Below are positions 9,096-16,188 of a stretch of DNA of 32,000 bases, in pieces. Below the pieces are notes generated by a model. It saw nothing but the letters and a program-made list of their open reading frames with translations, was not told the origin of the DNA and ran no database searches. Made by a program: the position numbers and the translations under genes. Positions within the stretch are counted from its first letter, which is position 1. Every line of letters begins with the position of its first letter. The stretch is taken from the NCBI GenBank assembly GCA_026692865.1, contig JAPLNI010000057.1, positions 460,476 to 492,475 of the forward strand, written 5' to 3'. This stretch comes from Planctomycetota bacterium. GTDB taxonomy: Bacteria > Planctomycetota > Planctomycetia > Pirellulales > Pirellulaceae.

Positions 9096-9275
9096 CCAAC
9101 GATGGACGCTTTATCCAAGGATGCTATCGTTATGCCGACAGGCATCACAACAAATGAGCCGATGGCGTTAGCCACGGGTACCGACACGACTAAAGTTTGC
9201 CATCCGGCACTTACTGCAAGCAGCAATTGCAAAGAACCAATGTTACTATCATTAGGGCACAAAACGTCTGACGAA

Positions 9276-9926
9276 ATGCTCGAGGTTTCCATTGAAGGGA
9301 TTCGCTTGTGGCTGCATGCGAAGCGGGGTGTCTTTTGGCCTGACAAAAGAACTTTATTTATCGCAGACACTCATTTTGGAAAAGAAGCAACGTTTCGTAG
9401 CCAAGGAATCGCAGCACCGCGAGGCAGCACCCGGGCCACGTTGAACACCATTGCAGAAATGATCGCAGAATGCGATGCGTCTCGTTTGATTTTGTTAGGT
9501 GATATGTTCCATGCGCAATCGTCTTTGTCGCAGGATATTCGGGAGGCTCTGGACCGTTTCTTCAGATCGCATCCACACCTGAAAACCAGTTTGGTTTTAG
9601 GCAACCATGACCGCGGTATCCATGCTTTGATTCAAGATTGGCCAATAGATATTATCGATTCGGGAACCGTTTTGGATTTGATTAGCATTTCGCATTTCCC
9701 ACAAGTACCTAGCCAGCCCGCTAAACTGCTTCTGTGTGGGCATCTGCATCCGGCGTATCGTTTCCAGTCCAAGCTAGATTCGGTCGGGAAATTGTCATGT
9801 TTTTGGCTATCCAATCGCCAGCTTGTTTTGCCTGCGATCGGTGAATTTACGGGAACACAAGTGGTCCATCCGAGCAAAACAGATCAAACCTGGGTCATCG
9901 TGGATGACCGAATACTTCGAGTGTAA
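9276..9926 (+). CDS. pdeM: Ligase-associated DNA damage response endonuclease PdeM (binuclear metallophosphoesterase)
   Basis: Motifs LFIADTHFGKE, LLGDMFH, LGNHDR, CGHLHP. The ORF is open from 9102, but the first 58 codons are low-complexity and have no family counterpart that I recognise. The ATG at 9276 leaves about 24 aa before the first metal motif, which is typical for this family. The start is therefore uncertain (9102, 9240 or 9276). Confidence 0.8.
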   Translation: MLEVSIEGIRLWLHAKRGVFWPDKRTLFIADTHFGKEATFRSQGIAAPRGSTRATLNTIAEMIAECDASRLILLGDMFHAQSSLSQDIREALDRFFRSHPHLKTSLVLGNHDRGIHALIQDWPIDIIDSGTVLDLISISHFPQVPSQPAKLLLCGHLHPAYRFQSKLDSVGKLSCFWLSNRQLVLPAIGEFTGTQVVHPSKTDQTWVIVDDRILRV

Positions 9927-10180
9927 TGAATATGCCGCTGTCACCTGCAGATATCGATCGAATCATTCAAATGGCTTGGGAAGATCGAACCGCATTCGAT
10001 ACGATTGAAACTCAGTTTGGCCTCACTCCTGGGGAGGTCATCAAACTCATGCGTTCCGAGATGAAGCCATCTTCATTTCGAATGTGGCGGGAACGAACCG
10101 CGGGGAGAAAAACAAAACATATCGCCCTTCGAGACTTCAAGGTCGGTCGCTTTCGATGTCCTGATCAAAAGGGCCCGTGA
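9926..10180 (+). CDS. TIGR03643 / DUF2805 family small protein
   Basis: 84-aa ORF. Hallmark RIIQMAWEDRTAFDTIETQFGL...VIKLMR...SSFRMWRERTAGRKTKH. Its ATG overlaps the pdeM stop (TAATG at 9924-9928). Confidence 0.75.
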   Translation: MNMPLSPADIDRIIQMAWEDRTAFDTIETQFGLTPGEVIKLMRSEMKPSSFRMWRERTAGRKTKHIALRDFKVGRFRCPDQKGP

Positions 10181-10242
10181 TTTGGGCGTTCTATCCTCTT
10201 ATGCGCCTCTTCTCGGCGAACGCTCTCTAGTCTTGCTTCCAA

Positions 10243-10344
10243 TCGTACTCGTACTCAATGAAATGGTAATCGTACTCCTACTCGGTTGAATGATTCGAAT
10301 CGAGTAGGAGTACGAGTACCGCCGATGGCTGAGTACGAGTACGA
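10243..10344 (-). repeat. Nested double-hairpin repeat element, copy B (inverted relative to copy A)
   Basis: Outer stem 10243-10256 / 10331-10344 (14 bp perfect). Inner stem 10265-10284 / 10301-10320 (19 of 20 bp, three hexamer units per arm) with a 16-nt loop. The 8-nt spacer AATGAAAT is the exact reverse complement of ATTTCATT in copy A. Flank similarity to copy A extends to about 10228-10378. Confidence 0.85.
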
Positions 10345-10414
10345 AAAGAAAGGGATTACGAACAAAAATTTCTTTCAGGTGTGGGCGATTGGTGAGGAGT
10401 GTCTGCAATTCTTG

Positions 10415-11203
10415 TTATCTCTGACAAACCGCACAAGCATACATCTGTCGATTGCCAAGCAGCCATTTCTGTGTAGCTGATGCACAAATTGGAGAAAATT
10501 CCTTTTTATAGATCCACAGCCGCTCTTCGGAAGTTAGTTTGCTAAGAGGCTTATCCGATTCGTCGCGACTTTTTGTGATTATTCGATTGTACTTCACACC
10601 GACTTCGAGCAGTCGAACTGAAGTCTTCCAAAGCTCATCAAACTCTTCGTGTGTAAAAGAACAACTTGGACGCGTTGGATGAACACTCATCAAGAAAAGT
10701 ATCTCCGCTCGATAGATGTTGCCTATGCCTGCGATGATCGATTGATCCAGGAGCAACTGACCAATTGGCTTTTTGCTTTTCTGAATCCGAGCCCATGCGC
10801 GCTCTGGATTTGCATCGGTCCGAAGCGGATCTTCGCCGATTTTCTTCCTGGAGTCTGCTATCTGTTGAGCATTCAGGACTACACACTGATTGGGGCCATT
10901 GAGGTCCAACGTGTTTGTCTTTCCAATAAATCGAACGCGAACCGCACCACGTGGTTCAGGCGGTGGTGACGCGTGCAACCGAAACTTACCGTACAACCCA
11001 AGATGAACATGAAGAACATGAACTCCTGAGAAAAAGTAATAGAGATGCTTCCCATGCGCTTCCACGCTTTTCAACGTCCTCCCATCCAGCAATTCAGAGC
11101 CTTCAGCAAACCGCCCCTGTGGTGAGCTAACCTTTAATCGTTGCCCCGAAAACCACTTAGATTGGTCGCGTGCGAGTCGATGAACCGTATGTCCCTCTGG
11201 CAT
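10415..11203 (-). CDS. Fpg/Nei family DNA glycosylase / AP lyase (endonuclease VIII-like)
   Basis: N-terminus MPEGHTVHRLARD. The family needs Pro2 as the catalytic nucleophile, so the start is placed at the internal ATG (11203) rather than the ORF-track start at 11272. H2TH-like region IAGIGNIYRAEILF. The C-terminal finger is CASA...CAVCQ. Confidence 0.85.
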   Translation of the reverse strand: MPEGHTVHRLARDQSKWFSGQRLKVSSPQGRFAEGSELLDGRTLKSVEAHGKHLYYFFSGVHVLHVHLGLYGKFRLHASPPPEPRGAVRVRFIGKTNTLDLNGPNQCVVLNAQQIADSRKKIGEDPLRTDANPERAWARIQKSKKPIGQLLLDQSIIAGIGNIYRAEILFLMSVHPTRPSCSFTHEEFDELWKTSVRLLEVGVKYNRIITKSRDESDKPLSKLTSEERLWIYKKEFSPICASATQKWLLGNRQMYACAVCQR

Positions 11204-11352
11204 TATTTTTACATCTGAGTGAAAAGAACTAACTTGCAAAACAGGTATTACAATCGTGCCCCAACATCTCATGAGACGCTTGACGGCAATCTAGAATTTG
11301 ATTCAGACGAAAGCTCGCACAGTATTTAATCACATGGTTGGTATCAGTAGGT

Positions 11353-11565
11353 ATGCGTAAACATTCGAAATCGACTTTACCCACGAAGCTGTGCAAGGCA
11401 TGTAATCGACCATTCGCATGGCGGAAAAAATGGGAAAGGGACTGGGATAACGTAAACTACTGCAGCGAACGTTGCAAACGCCAGGGGAGTATAGTTCCCC
11501 CGGCTAGCAATAAAGCGGATAGTAGTAAAACTGCCAGTAGTAAAGCTACAGACATAAGGGCTTAA
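11353..11565 (+). CDS. DUF2256 domain protein (small Cys-rich protein that co-occurs with cryptochrome/photolyase genes)
   Basis: Motif [32 protein letters not shown]. The ORF is open from a TTG at 11338, and the first ATG at 11353 is preferred. The stop lies 1 nt before the GTG start of the CPF gene. Confidence 0.8.
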   Translation: MRKHSKSTLPTKLCKACNRPFAWRKKWERDWDNVNYCSERCKRQGSIVPPASNKADSSKTASSKATDIRA

Positions 11566-11566
11566 A

Positions 11567-13135
11567 GTGCATAGAAGTCCTGTTCAAATTGTTTGGCTCA
11601 AGCGCGATCTTCGACTGAACGATCACCGGCCGATCTTGGAAGCCAGTCTTGATGGTCCTACAGTGGTCTTGTATGTCTTCGAGCCAAAGCTTTGGTCGAT
11701 GCCGGAGATGGACCGATCCCACTTCGACTTCATCGTGCAGTCCTTGCAAGTGCTTTCTCGGAGTCTTGAAGCAATAGGTGGTCGATTAGCAATTCGTGTC
11801 GGCGAGTTACCCGAGGTGTTCGCTGAGATTGCCCGTTTTGTCGACATTGCTGCAATATACTCTCACGAAGAAACTGGAAACGGGTTTACTTTCGATCGTG
11901 ACAAGCGAGTTGCAAGATGGGCTCGCGAGATCGGTGTTCCGTGGAATCAGTATCCTCAAAACGGTGTGGTACGGCCACTCAAAAGCAGGAATGGCTGGGC
12001 AGCACTTTGGGAAACGAGAATGAAATCACCAATGGCCACAACACCTGATCGTATCGAGATTCCCGACCATTTCGATTGGGGAACAATACCAGAAGGTGAT
12101 GAACTCGAGCTAAAAAAGACGCAGAAGAAAAACCTCCAAATCGGTGGTGAGCGTCAAGCGATTGAAACGCTTCAATCGTTCTTAGATGGTCGAGGCTGCG
12201 ACTATCGCAAGGGGATGTCGAGTCCATCTACGGCGAAGGATAGTTGTAGTCGTCTAAGCCCCTCTCCCGCGTGGGGGTGCATCTCAATCAAACAGGTATA
12301 TCAACAGTTGCAAAGTCGACAGCAAGAGATTCGCGAGGCACCTGCTGGTGCAAGTGACTCGCGTTGGTATGGTTCGCTCAATTCATTTTCTTCACGGCTT
12401 GCATGGCACTGTCACTTCATGCAAAAACTCGAGGATGAACCGGAACTTGAGTTTCAGAATATCAGTCGAGTCTACGATGGGCTACGTGAGAACGAGTTTA
12501 ATCAAGAGCGATTTGAAGCATGGAAGGAAGGCATGACCGGCTATCCAATGATCGACGCGTGTATGCGTGCACTTAATGAGACTAGCTGGATCAATTTTCG
12601 CATGCGAGCGATGCTCGTTTCGTTCGCATCGAATCACTTATGGCTACATTGGCGTCCGACTGCAGTACATCTTGCACAGCATTTTCTTGACTTTGAACCG
12701 GGTATTCATTTCTCGCAGTTTCAAATGCAATCTGGCACAACCGGAATCAATACCATCCGAATCTATTCCCCTGCCAAGCAGGTAATCGATCACGATCCTA
12801 CGGGCGTATTCATAAAACAATATGTCCCGGACTTGGCGAATGTTCCCAACGAATTTCTATCCGAACCGCACCGAATGCCTTTGGATCTGCAAACTAAGAT
12901 CGGTTGCATAATCGGCAAAGACTATCCGCCACCGATAGTAGAGCACTGCAAGGCCTACAAATCGGCTCAAGAAAAGATCTTCTCGATTCGTCAAACGAAC
13001 TCAGCAATTAGCGAAGCCAAACGGGTATTTGTAAAACATGGTTCACGCAAAAATCGCGATCCGTTGCCGAAACCGAAGAAGAAGTCGGGCTTTCAGCAAT
13101 TGTCCCTTTTCGATGATTTCGATGATCCGCAATGA
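11567..13135 (+). CDS. Cryptochrome/photolyase family (CPF) FAD-binding protein; subclass not assignable by eye
   Basis: 522-aa ORF. N-terminal photolyase alpha/beta motif IVWLKRDLRLNDH. FAD-binding-domain motifs GGERQAIETLQSFL, SRLSP...WGCIS, TGYPMIDACMRAL, TSWINFRMRAMLVSF. Adjacent to DUF2256. Confidence 0.85.
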   Translation: MHRSPVQIVWLKRDLRLNDHRPILEASLDGPTVVLYVFEPKLWSMPEMDRSHFDFIVQSLQVLSRSLEAIGGRLAIRVGELPEVFAEIARFVDIAAIYSHEETGNGFTFDRDKRVARWAREIGVPWNQYPQNGVVRPLKSRNGWAALWETRMKSPMATTPDRIEIPDHFDWGTIPEGDELELKKTQKKNLQIGGERQAIETLQSFLDGRGCDYRKGMSSPSTAKDSCSRLSPSPAWGCISIKQVYQQLQSRQQEIREAPAGASDSRWYGSLNSFSSRLAWHCHFMQKLEDEPELEFQNISRVYDGLRENEFNQERFEAWKEGMTGYPMIDACMRALNETSWINFRMRAMLVSFASNHLWLHWRPTAVHLAQHFLDFEPGIHFSQFQMQSGTTGINTIRIYSPAKQVIDHDPTGVFIKQYVPDLANVPNEFLSEPHRMPLDLQTKIGCIIGKDYPPPIVEHCKAYKSAQEKIFSIRQTNSAISEAKRVFVKHGSRKNRDPLPKPKKKSGFQQLSLFDDFDDPQ

Positions 13136-13631
13136 TGCGATGATCTTTGGTGCGTTTCAGGTCAGCATTAGTTGTTGCGGCAACCCAGATCGCTCCAATC
13201 GCTGCTGGTATGTCACTCGATAAAATTTGATTGTGCAGGATATCCCCTATGAAGCACTTCGCGAAAAGCTTGAGTCTGCCAAACAAATCGTGATGCCGGA
13301 GTCATGAAAGTGACCGGCCAACTCGAAGAAAGCACAACCAAAAGAAGCGCCGAAGAAGAAGGCAGCAACAGCGGCCATCTGAGAGAGCAAGACCGGCGAG
13401 CCAAACATTATTTCGATAATTCTCGCTGATTTTTCTTTCAGCTCATTGTTTTGTTATCCCCACTGTAACGCTGAGACTTCAAGCATCTACAGTTTGGACG
13501 CAGTCAGGATTCGATCGATTGATTCTGGTCGAATAAAAGTGCTTGGCGCTCCAACGTATGGAGTCCTCATGGCCGCACGACACAACCAAAAAAACTGGGG
13601 ACGATGGAGAAAGCTCGCGTGTCCGGCGTGA

Positions 13632-16139
13632 TTACCGAGAGCAAAAGATTTCGCTGGAAAGAACTTCGACAACCATGGATTGAAGACCGAATACGTCTTC
13701 TTTGACCTGCTGCGAGATTCGTTCAATTTCAGAACGATCGGTATGTTCCATGTGTCTTCCGGTTGCGTAGGAAAGCATCGTTTCAACCATGTGACGAACT
13801 AAGAAATCACTCCGAGTTCCAGATATCAATTGCTTGAAATCGGAGAAGTCCGCATACGTCTCGCCAGAAGGAAACGTTCCCGAGGGATCGACTTTGGGTG
13901 CAGTTTTGCCTCCCTTTTGCTTCTCATATTTGTCCCGATAACGGCCAATCGGATCGAAGTGTTCTAAAGCGAAGCCCATTGGGTCGATTTTGCGATGGCA
14001 AACGTTACATGCTGCGTCGGCTCTATGTTTGGCCAGCCGTTCGCGAATAGTCGTTGCACCGCTCACATCGGATTCAATAGCAGGAACAACATCTGGTGGC
14101 GGCGGCGGGGGAGTCCCCAGCATGTTTTCTAAGACCCACACGCCGCGAGTCACCGGCGATGTATCAACACCATTCGCACTCGCGGTTAATACACCAGCCA
14201 TTCCAAGCACACCGCCACGTCGATTTCGATCCTTCAACTCCACCTTCTGAAATCCATCAGCCAAACGCAGTGTGTCTTTCTCTGGAAGCCCGTATAACTT
14301 CGCAAGCTTTTTGTCGACGAAGGTGTAATCGGAGTCGATGAAGTCTGTCACCGGACCATTGGAATTCAATAGATGAAGAAAGAAATACTTCGCCTCTTCC
14401 TTCATCGAAGTGGGTAAATCTTCTGAGTAATACTCGCTTGCAGTTTGCCGTGGTGGCGGCAGAGAACCAATGACGCGAAGATTCAACCAGCTGTCAAGGA
14501 AACGTTTAACGAATTCATCGGAACGGGGATCAGCCAACATGCGACGTACCTGTTGCTTGAGCAAAGCATGATCTGCAAGTTTTCCATCCTTGGCAGCTTG
14601 CGTTAATTCATCGTCCGGTGGAATTCCCCAAAGTGTGTACGACATCCTCGAGGCAAGATCGTATGGACCAAGCTTCGGTTCATTTTCGGGTGTGTGTTCA
14701 CAAAGATAGAGAAACGATGGTGAGCAAAGAATCATCTTGATTGCATCCAGTGCCGCTTGACGATTGCTAACTTTTTCATCCAACCGTTTGCGATAGAGCT
14801 TCTCAATTCGCGAGCGATCTGAATCATAAAGAGGCCTCCGAAAAGCTCGTTCGGCAAAGGCGTAAAGCTGCTCGATTGCACGTTCCGATTGAAAACCTTC
14901 CGGTCCAAAGACGGCGATTTCTTCAGCTGTACCATTGGGTTCGGGAAGTGGTCCTCGTATCTGTATCTCATCAATTCGAATGTGAGGCAACGCACCATCA
15001 GTGAGCAACTTGGCTCGGCTTACGCCCGGATCTTTTTCGACCTTCAGTTCATCTTTGTACTTCTTATTTGTTTGAAGAACTGAAGCTCGCGACTCATATG
15101 GTCCATTGGGAAAAATGAAACGCGGTGTTTGACCTTCTTCGAGCCAAACACGAAATGTGATCCACTCAGCTTCTTTGTCAGGAACAATTGCTTGTCCAAG
15201 AATGGGTTCTATCGATTGCGGGTAATGAATATGACCACGCTTAATATCGCCTGGCACGACAGCTAACTGAAAAGGCTCACTAAAGTCGATCCGAAAAATA
15301 TTGGGATCGTAGTGCGTGTCGCGATGCATAGCTTGAGCATGCACTTCGATATCGTAAAGGCCCGAGACGGGTACACCTTGGAGAAAGTCTTCGATGTGAC
15401 CATAACCACCCTGCCGCGTATCAGTGTTAGGCTGTTCATAAAGACAAAGGTAACGGTAATTGAAGACAGACTTGTGCGGCCCGGAGAGCTCTTCATACTG
15501 GACGAAATGGCCTTTAAAATTCCAATCCTTCACCGGTGTCTCTGGCTTATTTAGTCGAAGTTCAACTAAACGGTTAGCGGCACTAAAGTATTGATCCAAC
15601 AATACACCAGAAGTGATCATGGCCGATCCGATTCGATCAATATTTCGACTTGCTGTTTCGGAAGGAAACTCGGTCGTTAATCCCAGTGTGTCTACGCGAC
15701 GCGAAAAGAGCGCAGCTAAGGTGTTTTCGTATTCTCGATTGGTCAACCGACGCATCACTGTTCGGCCACCCGTGCTCTGAAGGCGACTCCGTGCGTCTCG
15801 CATACTCGTGCGAAGGAATTCGACAGTCGCTAAGCGTTCTTCAGTCGATGGTTGCTCGGCATCCGGTGGTGGCATCTGCCTAAGCGTAAGTTGGTCGACG
15901 ATCTCATCGGCTGTAATGAGATGCGATTCGGAATCCAAAGGCAGTTTAATCGTCTCGAATTCTCGATTCCCCTGAGCATCCTGTTGATTATGGCAATCGA
16001 TACAGTAAGAACCCAAGAACTTAGAAACCTTATCGATCGGCTCATAGCCCGAGGCCAAGTTGACCAACGAAGCAGCCCAAACATAGCAACAAGTGAAAGC
16101 CGTAGTTGCAATCCGTACCTTTGATTTAGACAACATCAT
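13632..16139 (-). CDS. DUF1592/DUF1588/DUF1585-type multidomain protein with two CxxCH motifs (planctomycete paralogous family, function unknown)
   Basis: 835-aa ORF with an N-terminal hydrophobic segment. Contains CIDCHN near the N-terminus. Hallmark TSPVTRGVWVLENMLGTPPPPPPDVVP followed by ACNVCHRKIDPMGFALEHFDPIGRYRD. Confidence 0.85.
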   Translation of the reverse strand: MMLSKSKVRIATTAFTCCYVWAASLVNLASGYEPIDKVSKFLGSYCIDCHNQQDAQGNREFETIKLPLDSESHLITADEIVDQLTLRQMPPPDAEQPSTEERLATVEFLRTSMRDARSRLQSTGGRTVMRRLTNREYENTLAALFSRRVDTLGLTTEFPSETASRNIDRIGSAMITSGVLLDQYFSAANRLVELRLNKPETPVKDWNFKGHFVQYEELSGPHKSVFNYRYLCLYEQPNTDTRQGGYGHIEDFLQGVPVSGLYDIEVHAQAMHRDTHYDPNIFRIDFSEPFQLAVVPGDIKRGHIHYPQSIEPILGQAIVPDKEAEWITFRVWLEEGQTPRFIFPNGPYESRASVLQTNKKYKDELKVEKDPGVSRAKLLTDGALPHIRIDEIQIRGPLPEPNGTAEEIAVFGPEGFQSERAIEQLYAFAERAFRRPLYDSDRSRIEKLYRKRLDEKVSNRQAALDAIKMILCSPSFLYLCEHTPENEPKLGPYDLASRMSYTLWGIPPDDELTQAAKDGKLADHALLKQQVRRMLADPRSDEFVKRFLDSWLNLRVIGSLPPPRQTASEYYSEDLPTSMKEEAKYFFLHLLNSNGPVTDFIDSDYTFVDKKLAKLYGLPEKDTLRLADGFQKVELKDRNRRGGVLGMAGVLTASANGVDTSPVTRGVWVLENMLGTPPPPPPDVVPAIESDVSGATTIRERLAKHRADAACNVCHRKIDPMGFALEHFDPIGRYRDKYEKQKGGKTAPKVDPSGTFPSGETYADFSDFKQLISGTRSDFLVRHMVETMLSYATGRHMEHTDRSEIERISQQVKEDVFGLQSMVVEVLSSEIFCSR

Positions 16140-16188
16140 TCATGAATCCAACAGACAAATCCAGTTACTCGTTAAAAGTACGTTCCTA

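Noticed and set aside
6445-10344. Possibility that the GTACTC repeat clusters are small CRISPR arrays
   Set aside because: The units are 12-16 bp with 8-16 nt between them, and they occur as inverted arms that form hairpins. There are no 25-40 bp direct repeats, no spacers of uniform length and no cas genes in the window.
10199-10480. Track ORFs 10199-10408 (-) and 10286-10480 (+) across repeat copy B
   Set aside because: These are the same artefact as at copy A. The second ORF also overlaps the 3' end of the Nei gene.
11204-11272. The 23-codon N-terminal extension of the Nei ORF given in the track
   Set aside because: Fpg/Nei catalysis uses the N-terminal proline exposed after Met removal. 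The internal MPEGHTV at 11203 fits this exactly, so the upstream extension is very unlikely to be translated.
13008-13286. 92-aa minus-strand track ORF as an independent gene
   Set aside because: It starts at a TTG, overlaps the last 128 nt of the CPF gene on the opposite strand, and its C-terminal half is shadow sequence. It is retained only as the possible downstream half of a frameshifted small membrane gene (see the finding at 13136-13631).
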